From positions 1 to 58,170 of IMG/VR virus record IMGVR_UViG_3300010393_000011: DNA of 58,170 bases. One strand, written 5' to 3'. This document shows positions 1 through 9,870 of this stretch, piece by piece. Each line of letters starts with the position of its first letter. Position 1 is the first letter of the stretch. The notes beneath the pieces were generated by a model. The model was not told the DNA's origin. It saw nothing but the letters and a program-made list of their open reading frames with translations, and did no database searches. The position numbers and the translations under genes are program-made. The DNA comes from a virus (lineage: Duplodnaviria > Caudoviricetes).

Positions 1-74
1 GATGGCCGCCCCCTGGTATCCAAAGAAATGACCTCCGGCAGCAGTTACCGTAGCGGCAATCAACATGTGATAGA

Positions 75-105
75 CCCGGCTCCATTGCAGAGCCGGGCCT
101 TTCTT
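75..105. terminator. Intrinsic terminator-like hairpin after the last late gene
   Basis: CCCGGCTC-N7-GAGCCGGG (75-97) followed by CCTTTCTT on +; may be bidirectional. Confidence 0.55.
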
Positions 106-123
106 AGGTTTAAAGATCGCCAT

Positions 124-648
124 CTATTCTCCAAACTCAATCAGCAAAGAGAGCTTTGGTGTTGTCTGCTGCAATCCGAAATTGTAATCTGTACCCACTG
201 CAAAACCAAGGCAAAAATTCTGGATGCTCCAGGTCTTTGCCAGAGCGATGTATCCGGTCACATAGGTTACAGCAGTCTGCGCGTCTCCGATATAGTCCAA
301 TCGATCAAAACCCGGGCCTCCCTCCACGCCCCAGTCTTTCCAGATATACTGACGGATCACAGTTTTTAAGCTCAGGTTCTGCTCGAGATCAATATTCAGG
401 CCGTCTTCCTTAGTATACTCGGCCTGATAGGCAAACACAGCGACCATAGTGATTGTGCTGGGAGTAACCGCATATTTGAATCCGCCGCCAAAGTCAAACG
501 CAGTTTGTGTCCGATCGGCCGCCCCCTGCATCACTCCCAACCGAAAGAATGCGCCCACAGGTATTCCGGGCGCTTCGTCTGTCTGGGCTATCAAGAATGA
601 AGGTCCCAGAAGGAAGATAAAAACCAGAATAATTAGCACTCGTCTCAT
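124..648 (-). CDS. Secreted protein, putative outer-membrane beta-barrel
   Basis: Signal peptide (MRRVLIILVFIFLLG..LIA), alternating Gly/aromatic beta-strand pattern, Phe near the C-terminus; start overlaps the upstream stop. Confidence 0.55.
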   Translation of the reverse strand: MRRVLIILVFIFLLGPSFLIAQTDEAPGIPVGAFFRLGVMQGAADRTQTAFDFGGGFKYAVTPSTITMVAVFAYQAEYTKEDGLNIDLEQNLSLKTVIRQYIWKDWGVEGGPGFDRLDYIGDAQTAVTYVTGYIALAKTWSIQNFCLGFAVGTDYNFGLQQTTPKLSLLIEFGE

Positions 649-1082
649 GTTGTACCTCCGTTCAACTTTTTTGCTGCCTTGGATAATTCCTCCGATGTGA
701 TCACGCCCTTAAGTGCTTTCCTTGACAGGGCGCCGGAGATTATCCTGGTTGCAATTTGTTTTTTCTCTTCGATCTTCTTTTGCAGTTTGGCTGAGGGAAC
801 AGGTGGAACCCGTTTTGTCGAATAGTCGGGAAAGCCGAGCTTTTCGATAAAGAAGTCGATGTACCCGTCAACTCTGTCGATCCACTCTGAGTCCGGGTAG
901 CTTGCGATCAGATTGTCGGTGATCTCATCAGCCAGTCCCGCGAGCCAATGGAAATATCGCTTCCTGGTGCCGACCTTCAGCCACTCTACCAGAAACTTGC
1001 TAATGAACAATCCCAGTCCGACATATACGATATTATCAATTCCGCCGAACCGTTCGATGACCCACATTACAACATCTTCCAT
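645..1082 (-). CDS. Putative holin / membrane protein
   Basis: Start reassigned to ATG 1082 (AGGAGG upstream); N-terminal hydrophobic segment, basic C-terminus; directly follows the endolysin. Confidence 0.45.
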   Translation of the reverse strand: MEDVVMWVIERFGGIDNIVYVGLGLFISKFLVEWLKVGTRKRYFHWLAGLADEITDNLIASYPDSEWIDRVDGYIDFFIEKLGFPDYSTKRVPPVPSAKLQKKIEEKKQIATRIISGALSRKALKGVITSEELSKAAKKLNGGTT

Positions 1083-1119
1083 GCCTTTACCTCCTGGGGC
1101 TCCCGGCCCCTTTAGAATT

Positions 1120-1626
1120 TTATCTGAAAAGCCTGCGTATCCCCAGAATCCTCGTCTCGAGATAGCCGGCAATGCTGACCTTATTGCCCTGATTACCTCC
1201 CAAGAGATAGATCAGATCCGACCTGCTGTACTCGGCCTCTTCTTTTCGGCCGGCATAGAAACCGACATGACCCGGGGCGTCCGTCACATCGGGTCCCGGC
1301 TGGTTACCGCTTCCCCGCTTGAGAATGACCACATCAAATCCGACTCGGGCCTGCTCGATGTCCACCGACCTTCCAACCTCGAGCCACGACCTGGCCCGCA
1401 AGTCCTTTGACCTGGGGAGTCGCAAAAGCCAGCAGATATAATTAACGAATGCCGAACACCAGGGGACCTCATCATGCTCCGGCCATTTCTGATCAAGCCT
1501 GAGCATCGCCAATATCTGGGGATTATCCTGATTAAGAGGCAGTTCTTCCATTCCCACAAATCTCTGGGCAAGTTCAAAGGCGTTGATGCTGATTTTATTA
1601 TAAATTAACATTCCGGTCCCCCTCAT
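1120..1626 (-). CDS. TIGR02594-family NlpC/P60-like peptidoglycan hydrolase (endolysin)
   Basis: Motifs DEVPWCSAFVN, GHVGFY, LLGGNQGNKVS. Confidence 0.85.
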   Translation of the reverse strand: MRGTGMLIYNKISINAFELAQRFVGMEELPLNQDNPQILAMLRLDQKWPEHDEVPWCSAFVNYICWLLRLPRSKDLRARSWLEVGRSVDIEQARVGFDVVILKRGSGNQPGPDVTDAPGHVGFYAGRKEEAEYSRSDLIYLLGGNQGNKVSIAGYLETRILGIRRLFR

Positions 1627-2024
1627 TCATCACTGGTTGCAGTCAGGTCAATAATTGCCGCCGGGGGCACGTTGTCTGTCGTGGTCACCGTCGCCACATT
1701 GGAAAGCCCCGACCAGTTGCCCGCCTCGTCGGAAGTCTTGACTGCAAAGTGATAAGTCGTATTGGCCTCCAGACCCTCGACCGTGAAGGTCTCGGGACTG
1801 CCTGCCTCTTGCGGTACAGGCTCACCCGTGGCCTCAATGCAGTCATTCCAATTCTGCTCGGTGATCGGGTTGAGCGAGTAGCGCACATCGTACTGGTAGG
1901 CTGTGCCCACATTGCCGTCGTCTCCCGGCGCAGTCCAGTTCAAGGTTACCGATGTCACCTCCTGGCCAAAAAGAGATCCGCAGAGGATCATCGTCCAGAG
2001 AAATATTAACAGCACGCGCTTCAT
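1623..2024 (-). CDS. Secreted single fibronectin type III domain protein
   Basis: Signal peptide, then LNWTAPGDDG..YDVRYS..GLEANTTYHFAVKTSDEAGNWSGLSN. Confidence 0.8.
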   Translation of the reverse strand: MKRVLLIFLWTMILCGSLFGQEVTSVTLNWTAPGDDGNVGTAYQYDVRYSLNPITEQNWNDCIEATGEPVPQEAGSPETFTVEGLEANTTYHFAVKTSDEAGNWSGLSNVATVTTTDNVPPAAIIDLTATSDE

Positions 2025-2037
2025 AGCTCCTCCTTGT

Positions 2038-2847
2038 CTATCCTATGATTACCACCTTGGGTTGAGATGTGCCGCCGCTGGTGCGCAGAACCTCAACCGC
2101 TAATTGTGTCAGCCGCAGTTCGGGCGAGCCCTCTCTCAAGACTTCCACCACCTCCTGGGTGATGCGCCCGGCGGCCTCGGTGGAAGGAATAGCAGGTATG
2201 GCGCTCCCGGCCGTCCCCACACCGAACCAGTCGAAGTAGCTATCATAAGAAGCATAAACACCCACGGCCCCGGAAGCATGGGCTGAATCGGTGGTGTCGA
2301 TCATCCAGGATGCAGGCTCGTCCTCACCGTCGCGCCAGACCTTCGCCCGCAGGGTCGTCCCGCTGACGTATAGTCGCAGCCAGTACCAGAAATCTTCTTC
2401 GATCTTCTTGCGGGGAACAACGTCCTCCGTGTCCAGGTCGAAGTCCTCCAGTACATAGAGGAGTCCGTCTTCTATTTTCCGAAGCGAGAGTATGTTTCCG
2501 TAGACGTCCAGCGCCAGGAAGTAGCCCTGCTTGCCGTTGCTGTCGGTGGAGGCGCGCGCCACCAGCCCGGTGACCCGCTGACCCGCGTAGGTGGGCATCA
2601 CCCTGCCCTTCAGGTCGACATCGGCGGGCGTCCCCACGTCGTCCCAGGTAAGAGCGTGAGCGACCCCGATTACCGAGGCATCGCCTTTGAGCACCATGTC
2701 GCCGAAACTCGAACCACTCACGGGTTCGCCCGAGGCCGCCTCTATGGTCCAGGTGAAGTAGCCTGAATCCCAGGTCTCGCTCCAGTCCGGTGGAGGATTG
2801 CCGTCCGAGTAGCCGCTATCTGAAAAGTCTGTTGAGAATTGCGCCAT
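2038..2847 (-). CDS. Putative tail-associated lectin/concanavalin-like receptor-binding protein
   Basis: Beta-rich, WYWLRLYVSGTTLRAKVW..SGAVGV pattern; distal tail position. Confidence 0.5.
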   Translation of the reverse strand: MAQFSTDFSDSGYSDGNPPPDWSETWDSGYFTWTIEAASGEPVSGSSFGDMVLKGDASVIGVAHALTWDDVGTPADVDLKGRVMPTYAGQRVTGLVARASTDSNGKQGYFLALDVYGNILSLRKIEDGLLYVLEDFDLDTEDVVPRKKIEEDFWYWLRLYVSGTTLRAKVWRDGEDEPASWMIDTTDSAHASGAVGVYASYDSYFDWFGVGTAGSAIPAIPSTEAAGRITQEVVEVLREGSPELRLTQLAVEVLRTSGGTSQPKVVIIG

Positions 2848-2859
2848 GCGTCACCTCCC

Positions 2860-3879
2860 TCAGGTTGTCAGTTTCACGCCATACTCGGCCCCATTGACAT
2901 CGGAATCACTCCATGCGCTGGAGGGGTCGGAGGGCGGGTTCTCAAAAATTTCCTGGCGAGTCTTATAATTGTCGTAGCCGTCCAGCTCGGTGCCGGTGTA
3001 GTCAGTGGAGCTTATTCTTATCAGCGGCGTGAATTTTCGCTGTCCGGCATCATCTTTTCTGAGCGCCAGATTTAAGGCCACAGCCAGGATATTGGCGCCC
3101 GAGATAGGCGTCAAATTGTCGAAAGTATAGCTGTCGATCTCGTTCAAAACGTCGGTCGAATTATAGGTGCTGTCGTCATCCTGATCGTTGGCATCATCGA
3201 CGTTGGCGTAATTGCTGGTTCCCGAGGGGGTCGGAGTCCATTGAGAATAATTGCCGGCACCGTCCGGCCAGAGTGTATCTATCCGACAATCCCCCTGGAA
3301 GTCGTCGTCAGCAATGTAAAGGTCATCCAGACGCAGATACCCGCCTCCGCTGATGCTGCCTCTCAAGTTGAGTGCGTCCACTCCGGAGTCGGTCCCCGCC
3401 TTCGTATCTGCGCCGGAATCAGAAACAACGGTCGACTCGTTGACCCTGACCTCGTAGCTGCCGGATGAGTCATGCACGTAGATCTTGAACTCGAGGTAGA
3501 TCCAGGTGTTGACGGCGATCACGCCCGAGGAGGACTGCCCCAGGATCGTGCCACTGTAGTCACCCCGCCTGACTGTCACGCTCCCGTCGCTTTCGACCTT
3601 CACCGTGCACTGTACCGTCGCGTTCCTGATGAGCCGGAACCCGGAGTGGTTGGCCAGGGAGCTCATGTGGAGGGCGAAGCCGCAGACGACCGTCTCCTTC
3701 ACCGCCAGGAGATAGCTGACTACATTTCCCGGGCTGGCAGCCGGGGTCAGACGGAGGTGCCTGCCGCCGGTTCTGCGCGGTTCGGTAGTCTCGATCGTGG
3801 CAGAGTAAGCGCTGCCCCACTTCCGGTCAATCTCGGCCGTGGCGTAATGATCAAAGCCGTCCATAAAAAGTAATCCCAT
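2860..3879 (-). CDS. Putative tail fibre/virion protein with concanavalin-like domain
   Basis: LLFMDGFDHY start, NTWIYLEFK, LDDLYI; Ser/Thr/Asp-rich; distal tail position. Confidence 0.55.
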   Translation of the reverse strand: MGLLFMDGFDHYATAEIDRKWGSAYSATIETTEPRRTGGRHLRLTPAASPGNVVSYLLAVKETVVCGFALHMSSLANHSGFRLIRNATVQCTVKVESDGSVTVRRGDYSGTILGQSSSGVIAVNTWIYLEFKIYVHDSSGSYEVRVNESTVVSDSGADTKAGTDSGVDALNLRGSISGGGYLRLDDLYIADDDFQGDCRIDTLWPDGAGNYSQWTPTPSGTSNYANVDDANDQDDDSTYNSTDVLNEIDSYTFDNLTPISGANILAVALNLALRKDDAGQRKFTPLIRISSTDYTGTELDGYDNYKTRQEIFENPPSDPSSAWSDSDVNGAEYGVKLTT

Positions 3880-3888
3880 AGCTGCTCC

Positions 3889-4695
3889 TTATGTTTTGGT
3901 TCCCTTCAATAAAAATCCGATATCGGCCAGGGTGGCATCCTGGGATGAGGGAGCTTCTACCGTGAGCACATCCCCGGCCGTAAAGTCCTCATCTGAGGAT
4001 GATGTTGAAAACGTGGCGGTTGTGGCCGAGCCCGCGAAGCTCATGGTGGCAAACTCCACTCCGTTCTTCTTTATTGCGAAATCAGCCTGTGCCGTGGGAG
4101 CCGTTCCGAGCACGCCCTGGGAGCCGGAGAGGTCGTCGGGGAAGTTCACGTCCCTGGTAAAAGGTATGCGCAGAAGCACCTCGGAGGCCGAAGGTTTGCC
4201 GTTGAAGGATGAACCGATGTCGTATGAATTGTCGGTGAATTCAACTCCATCCTCGGCACTCTTGACCCGCAGCAGCTTAGAGCCTTGGCCACTGTAGCTG
4301 GAGGGTGTGTCACCCAGATCGGTGAAGTCAGCGGCCAGTATCGAGCCTTCCGTCTGCCATCCGCTGGAGGCGCTGGCATAGACATAAGCCGTGTCCTCAT
4401 CCTGGACGTAAACGCGCCAGCCCTCCTGCGGTGTCCAGAAGACCCAGCCTGAAGACTTATAGTAGGCCACATCATCGTCATGCCCGTTCCAGTCCCCTGA
4501 ATTCGAATCGGTCGGAGAACCGACAATATACATATCGCCATCGGAGGGACTCCCCGGCGGGGTGGTCAAATCCTTGTCCTTCACAGTCGCCTGCACCAGG
4601 CCGTCCAAGATTCGCAGAGCTTCGTTGTGCGTCAGATATTTGGAGGCCTGCGATTCCGAGATTTCAGGCATAGTTAATTTTGGTGTATCAGCCAT
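3889..4695 (-). CDS. DUF2793-domain tail fibre protein
   Basis: SQASKYLTHNEALRILD, PPGSPSDGDMYIV, W.F.TPQEGW motifs. Confidence 0.8.
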   Translation of the reverse strand: MADTPKLTMPEISESQASKYLTHNEALRILDGLVQATVKDKDLTTPPGSPSDGDMYIVGSPTDSNSGDWNGHDDDVAYYKSSGWVFWTPQEGWRVYVQDEDTAYVYASASSGWQTEGSILAADFTDLGDTPSSYSGQGSKLLRVKSAEDGVEFTDNSYDIGSSFNGKPSASEVLLRIPFTRDVNFPDDLSGSQGVLGTAPTAQADFAIKKNGVEFATMSFAGSATTATFSTSSSDEDFTAGDVLTVEAPSSQDATLADIGFLLKGTKT

Positions 4696-4716
4696 GTTTC
4701 AAACTCCTTATTTTTT

Positions 4717-7700
4717 TTAGACGGTTGCCTCCGCTCCGAAGCCTCGTCCGACCGTGTCCGATATTTGATAGATGGCCAAATCGACCGGGTCGCCAGGCGT
4801 CAGACCATCGGCAGTCTGTTGAGCGGCGGTATATGTCGCCGACTCCGAACTGGCATTGATGGTCCTTACCACCGTCGAACCGCCATAGATATCGAGCTCA
4901 TAGGCTTCGCTGTTTTCTCCCAGGGGCACTCCATACAGATCCCGCCATTCACCGCCGACCCGGGTGCGTCTTATCCAGCTGATGGTCAGGTCATTACTTG
5001 CATCCCGGCTGCCGCTTATATGCTGAGGAGAAAGGGGCATCATGTTGCGCAGTTCGCAAGTGAAGGCCTGAATGTTTCCGGTGTCCATGCTCATGCCGAT
5101 CGAGACAGCCACATAGTGCCTTTCCACATCCATGTCATTAACCGGAAAGTCCTCGAAATTTATTTTGTTGGAGGCCAGCACAACGAAGGTATCTCCGGCG
5201 GCATGGTCGGCGGTAGCCCAATCGGTTCCCCTGCGCCCCCGCAGAAGCCCGCTCAAGGTATAAGTGCCGTCGCTCTCGGCCACAACGGTGGTGTACTGGA
5301 TAATCTCATCCCCCAGGATGGCGGCATTGCTTCCATTTAAGACCTCTTCCTGGGTGGCGCTTGTCAGGCTGTCGGTGGTATCGAGCAAACGGATGTTGAC
5401 CGAATTTCCATCATCCCAGACAAACGGGTCGGCCACATCCCCGAGTACATCCGTGGCCTTGCCGACCGTCGCATCCCTGGCGGAAGCTGAATATTCAGAC
5501 CAGCTGGCGCCGCCGTCCAGGCTCTTGAAAAGCACCGCGCCTCTCCAGGCATTAAGATATCCGAGAGTAGCGAAATAGAGCCCGGGCTTGTTGTGGGTGT
5601 CCAGAAGCATGGGGCAGTCGATCAGCACCAGTCTGGTCGGGCCCTCATAGATGACGTCCTGCTCATGTTCGGGCAGGGGCACTCCACTGGCATCAGAGAT
5701 ATAGGCCTGCGGGTCCTCATTGGCCAGATTCACCTCCAGGAGGCCCGATTTATAGGCCAAATCCTCTATTCTGACCAGGTGGCTCTGGCCTCCTTCCGTG
5801 ACCGTGATGACATCGGCCGGATCGAGGTAATAATATTCTCGCGATATTTCGATGATGTGTTTGGTGCGCATGGTCCATAGATTGGCCAGGTGCTTAACCG
5901 CCGCCTGCTTGGCTTCGTCGGCTGTCATCACGATCGGCAGGCTCAAGCTGAGTTTGTTCTCGCTCCTCGAGATCAATCGTCTTTCAGATTGCAGGCCCGG
6001 ATCGTAGTCGGCGTAAAAGTCGATATATCTGACATCCACCTGAATCGGCAGATCTGTTTCCTGGCTGCGAATGCTCAGCAGTTCCATCGGCCTCTGATCG
6101 CCGCTCTTGTGTGCGGCCAGATCTGATTCCGGTATGGTCAGAGAAGATGAGCCGCCTCGCTTTACAAACTTCAATTTTCCGTCGCTCTCCACTCCATCAA
6201 AAAAGAAGCCGTTCATCAAGGCCTCGATGGCGGCCCGGGCTGACATGCGGTTATTGATTACAAAGCCGCGCACACTGTCGGTCAGGGCGGTGACATCAAT
6301 ATCGGCCGCCCCGAGATCAACCTGTTCGCAGATGTCTGTCACAATTTCCGAAAGCTGTACCGCATTGGGGATGGTGCGGTCCAGCAAAATCTTGCAGGCG
6401 TTATAAGTCTGACCCGAGACCATTTGAAAAACCGAATGAGTTAGAGGGTCATAGAGTGAACCGCCGTTGAAAAGCAGACTGGTTTCCCAATCATTGACAA
6501 CTCGATGGTCGGCGACGTTGATCTCTTTAATCCTGGAGACATAGCTGACAAAGAGAGAACCGTTGACCACCCCCCGCTTCCATTCCGAATAACCATAGGC
6601 CCCCACATACTGGCCGATCATCTTATAGGAGAAGGTCAGAGTATGAATCGGGCCGAGGTCGGTCACATCGAAGAAGGCAATGGCCGGGCCGTTTCCATCA
6701 TCATCGTTGGTTCCGACTATGAGCTGATTTGAATCAGCATCGAAGCAGATATATCTTCCTCCCCTGATATAAGAGCTGATGTTGATGTTTCTCTGAACAT
6801 GGCTGGTTCCGGTGTTATCGAGCCAGGTGACATAGGTGGTGTCGGGCGTCACCAGATCGGAGCAGACCACAAAGGCATCACCGCTGTCATGGTCGACAGC
6901 GATTTGCTTGACCACACCGACCGGCGCAGTGAACTCCTCGGCCGCTCCGGCACCCCAGGCCAGGTCCCCTCGATCGACGGCATAGATTCTGGAGGAGCTG
7001 ATGCCGCTGAAGTATAGCCAGGGATGGTTCGGGTTGCGGCTGACCGCAAAGTTGTCACATCCATAGGTGAAGGTGGAGCTCGACTCTTTCACCGGGAGGA
7101 GCGTATCTCCGTCCAATGTCTGCAACCTCACATCGGAGTTGCTGGCATAGATTGTGCCTGTCTCATCTATGTCATATTTTTGTGTATTAGAGGGGATGCC
7201 CGAATTGAAGGCATAGGCCACCACGTCCCCGGTGATGACTGAGAGCTTGTACCAGTGGCCGGAGGCCTGGGCCATGATATGTATGCCATCGGCATAGGCC
7301 ACCCAGGAATCAGAACCATAGATGGACGCCGCCAGCTCCTCGAGTGGATCGACGGTGATCACACTGGTGGCGTCTGTCACCACTTCAAAATTAAAATTTG
7401 GAATGCGGTTGCCGTAGTCCTCCAGAGGAAAATCCTTGAAGACCATATAGACCAGGCCCCGGAAGGCCGGTACGTTGCCTTCGCCCTCGACCGCTTCTAT
7501 GATCGGGTCAGGTGTCTGCGATTCGTCGCCCAGGTGCTGAACCCATGAGCTCTGATCTATCGACAGACCTCTGCGCCTTCCCGGCCGGACAACCTGGTTG
7601 TTGGCATCGGTAATGTCGTAGATCAATTTTGAATCGGCCCAGATTTTGGTAATCTTATCGACAGGGCCATTGCAGATTCCGATCGCAAAGCTGGCATAAT

Positions 7701-8004
7701 ATTCGTAGCCGGTAATCTCCTGTCCGCCGCCCCCCTTGCCGCCGACCTCGGTGGTGACCTCGACCTCGGTTATTTCGTCGGCCCAGATCAGATTTCCGGC
7801 CAGGCGCGCCGCACCCCAGATCTGGTTTATAGGAACACCATAGGCCGAACTTTGAACTTTCAAATCCTCCAGGCGCGGGCCCTCTACCGCATCAGGCGGA
7901 AACAGCCAGCGCCGGTCTATATAACCGCCTATAAAGGAGCCTATTAAGCCCCCGATCGGGCCAAAAGCATACCACCCGGCTATCCCTAATCCCAGCTGTG
8001 CCAT
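4717..8004 (-). CDS. Tail tip/baseplate protein (RcGTA g15-like)
   Basis: EGPRLEDLKVQSSAYG, PAFRGLVY..L..YGNRIPNFNFEV, LSGLLRGRRGT, ISWIRRTR, PLGE..EAY motifs; 1095 aa with a variable central region. Confidence 0.85.
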   Translation of the reverse strand: MAQLGLGIAGWYAFGPIGGLIGSFIGGYIDRRWLFPPDAVEGPRLEDLKVQSSAYGVPINQIWGAARLAGNLIWADEITEVEVTTEVGGKGGGGQEITGYEYYASFAIGICNGPVDKITKIWADSKLIYDITDANNQVVRPGRRRGLSIDQSSWVQHLGDESQTPDPIIEAVEGEGNVPAFRGLVYMVFKDFPLEDYGNRIPNFNFEVVTDATSVITVDPLEELAASIYGSDSWVAYADGIHIMAQASGHWYKLSVITGDVVAYAFNSGIPSNTQKYDIDETGTIYASNSDVRLQTLDGDTLLPVKESSSTFTYGCDNFAVSRNPNHPWLYFSGISSSRIYAVDRGDLAWGAGAAEEFTAPVGVVKQIAVDHDSGDAFVVCSDLVTPDTTYVTWLDNTGTSHVQRNINISSYIRGGRYICFDADSNQLIVGTNDDDGNGPAIAFFDVTDLGPIHTLTFSYKMIGQYVGAYGYSEWKRGVVNGSLFVSYVSRIKEINVADHRVVNDWETSLLFNGGSLYDPLTHSVFQMVSGQTYNACKILLDRTIPNAVQLSEIVTDICEQVDLGAADIDVTALTDSVRGFVINNRMSARAAIEALMNGFFFDGVESDGKLKFVKRGGSSSLTIPESDLAAHKSGDQRPMELLSIRSQETDLPIQVDVRYIDFYADYDPGLQSERRLISRSENKLSLSLPIVMTADEAKQAAVKHLANLWTMRTKHIIEISREYYYLDPADVITVTEGGQSHLVRIEDLAYKSGLLEVNLANEDPQAYISDASGVPLPEHEQDVIYEGPTRLVLIDCPMLLDTHNKPGLYFATLGYLNAWRGAVLFKSLDGGASWSEYSASARDATVGKATDVLGDVADPFVWDDGNSVNIRLLDTTDSLTSATQEEVLNGSNAAILGDEIIQYTTVVAESDGTYTLSGLLRGRRGTDWATADHAAGDTFVVLASNKINFEDFPVNDMDVERHYVAVSIGMSMDTGNIQAFTCELRNMMPLSPQHISGSRDASNDLTISWIRRTRVGGEWRDLYGVPLGENSEAYELDIYGGSTVVRTINASSESATYTAAQQTADGLTPGDPVDLAIYQISDTVGRGFGAEATV

Positions 8005-8405
8005 CAGCGCACCCCCCGAATCTTATAGTAGGCCACGATGCGTCCCAGAAATAAGGGCTGTTCCACAACCTTCTTCTCGATCGCCGAGGCATTGATGACA
8101 CCTTTGTCGCTCAATATGCCGAAATGAGTGGAGCGTCCCCCATAATTCATCAGCACCAGATCTCCCGGCCTGGCCTGCGAGCCTTCGATGCGATCAGCGT
8201 ATTTATTGATCTGCTCAAAGACCTGGCGGCTGCTGGGATGCCTGGGATAAGCGCCCAGCTCGATCTTATTGCCAAAGACGGCGAGCCCGACCAGCTCCAG
8301 CAGGCCGACACAGTCAAGACCACTTCTCGATCTGCCCCGGTGCTGAAAGGGCACACCCAGGAAGGAGCGGGCCTCCTCAATTATTTGCTCACGTTCACTC
8401 ATCAA
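8004..8405 (-). CDS. Tail NlpC/P60 peptidase (GTA g14-like)
   Basis: GVPFQHRGR..GLDCVGL, PGDLVL, HFGI. Confidence 0.85.
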   Translation of the reverse strand: MMSEREQIIEEARSFLGVPFQHRGRSRSGLDCVGLLELVGLAVFGNKIELGAYPRHPSSRQVFEQINKYADRIEGSQARPGDLVLMNYGGRSTHFGILSDKGVINASAIEKKVVEQPLFLGRIVAYYKIRGVR

Positions 8406-9271
8406 TAATACTCCAGCAGTTTATCCGTGCCCGGGACAAAAGGTTCGCCCCGGAAGTTTTCAACATTATCAAAGACATCGCGGCAGGTGTCGCGGCTCTT
8501 GTCACAGCCATAGGTGACCTCATATTCATCACCGACCGAAATATCATTAGGCATCTTTTCAAACAGGGTGAAGGTCTGGGTCACCGGGTCATATTTTTTG
8601 ACCTCCATGCTGTAACCGGCATTGGCCCCGCCCGTGCTGTCATCCTTGAAGGTCAGTTTTCCGAAACGAAAGACATCCGTCACCTCGACTCTGGATGTGT
8701 CAGTAAACGTGCGACGATCGGCAGCGGATGTCACACTGCCGTCGGCCCAGAAGGTCATGGCCGAATCAGCCAGGTCCACACCGCACTGGCTGTCACCCAG
8801 GTCGGCCCGGCAGTGCGGTGAAAACAGATCACAGACGTTCTGCTGCAGGAGCTGGCCCTTGCCCCTGATCTCTGCAAAAAAATCATTGTCCTCAATTCTG
8901 ACCTCGCCCAGCTTCCAGCCTTTCACCAGATAGAGCTTGCCCTGGGTCAGGTCTGAATAATTCACGAAGAAGATGTCAACATCGGCATAATCAAAAAGCC
9001 CGGCCTCGATGTCGGCCTCTGTAATCTTCTCTGAATCGAGGTATGACATGGCTTCCATGTTGTCAGCCGAAAGATCGCGCTTCTGAGAGAGGGACTTAGG
9101 CAGCATACCCGAGGAAGCCTCATAGGTGTCGCCGTCAATAACCAGGTCGACATCATGGCTGGTGAAGAAAAATTCTTCTCCGTCCTGGCGCAGGATGCGC
9201 CAGCACACCGCCAGGGTGCTGAGGTTTGCCGCCAGGTGATCCTTGAGATTTGTTCCGATGGTTTTGCTCAT
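8402..9271 (-). CDS. DUF2163/BR0599 baseplate hub protein (GTA g13-like)
   Basis: CWRILRQDG..FTSHD, CRADLGDSQC, GCDKS..TC..F.N..NFRGEP. Confidence 0.9.
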   Translation of the reverse strand: MSKTIGTNLKDHLAANLSTLAVCWRILRQDGEEFFFTSHDVDLVIDGDTYEASSGMLPKSLSQKRDLSADNMEAMSYLDSEKITEADIEAGLFDYADVDIFFVNYSDLTQGKLYLVKGWKLGEVRIEDNDFFAEIRGKGQLLQQNVCDLFSPHCRADLGDSQCGVDLADSAMTFWADGSVTSAADRRTFTDTSRVEVTDVFRFGKLTFKDDSTGGANAGYSMEVKKYDPVTQTFTLFEKMPNDISVGDEYEVTYGCDKSRDTCRDVFDNVENFRGEPFVPGTDKLLEYY

Positions 9272-9870
9272 GACTTCAACTCCAGTAGAATTACATCCGC
9301 CGCCCGGGCCTGGTAGGAGGAGAGATTGACCGGGAGATAATCCGATTCAAACCTGACCGGTATATCAAAATCGAAATCGGCCGTGATCACTTCGCCCGAA
9401 GTCGGAGGACTGCTGAAGGTTACAATTCCGGTGGTTGTATCTACCGACCAGCCCGAGGCCTGCTCCACGCTGTCTATGTAAATTGTGACCGTGCCCGAGA
9501 CCGGCTTGGTGATTTTGCGCTCATAGCTCTCCCCTCCGGAGCTGTAAGTCTTTATCAACTGAAATTCGGTCTCGGAGCCATCGCCGGTTCCGAGTTCCTC
9601 GCCTGTGGCCTGGTAGTCATCATGATCTTTAAAGCGGAAGCCGTATGCTCGCCCTTTGCGGGCGTAGAAAAAGGCCCGGAGGGAGTCCAGTTGGCCTTTC
9701 TCCCTCACGCCGTAGCCCACATTCCACCTCTGCCGGGCATAGGTCCAGTTCTGGTTTCGTCTCTCATGCCCGCTCCCGAGCTCGATCACTTCGGTGGAGA
9801 ACTCGGGCCCCCCGCTCGATTCGTAGCTGATGTCGGTCGGGAATTGCACTTCGTGAAAATCGTCAGCCAT
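9268..9870 (-). CDS. DUF2460/TIGR02217 distal tail protein (GTA g12-like)
   Basis: FHEVQFP..GGPEFST..SGHERRN, FF.ARKG...GFRFKD, FDIPVRF. Confidence 0.9.
   Translation of the reverse strand: MADDFHEVQFPTDISYESSGGPEFSTEVIELGSGHERRNQNWTYARQRWNVGYGVREKGQLDSLRAFFYARKGRAYGFRFKDHDDYQATGEELGTGDGSETEFQLIKTYSSGGESYERKITKPVSGTVTIYIDSVEQASGWSVDTTTGIVTFSSPPTSGEVITADFDFDIPVRFESDYLPVNLSSYQARAADVILLELKS

Noticed and set aside
2038-8004. Diversity-generating retroelement or invertible tail-fibre cassette
   Set aside because: No reverse transcriptase, invertase or duplicated TR/VR seen
4717-9870. Gene transfer agent
   Set aside because: GTA-like tail tip only; integrase, repressor, replication genes and a long tape measure indicate a real phage
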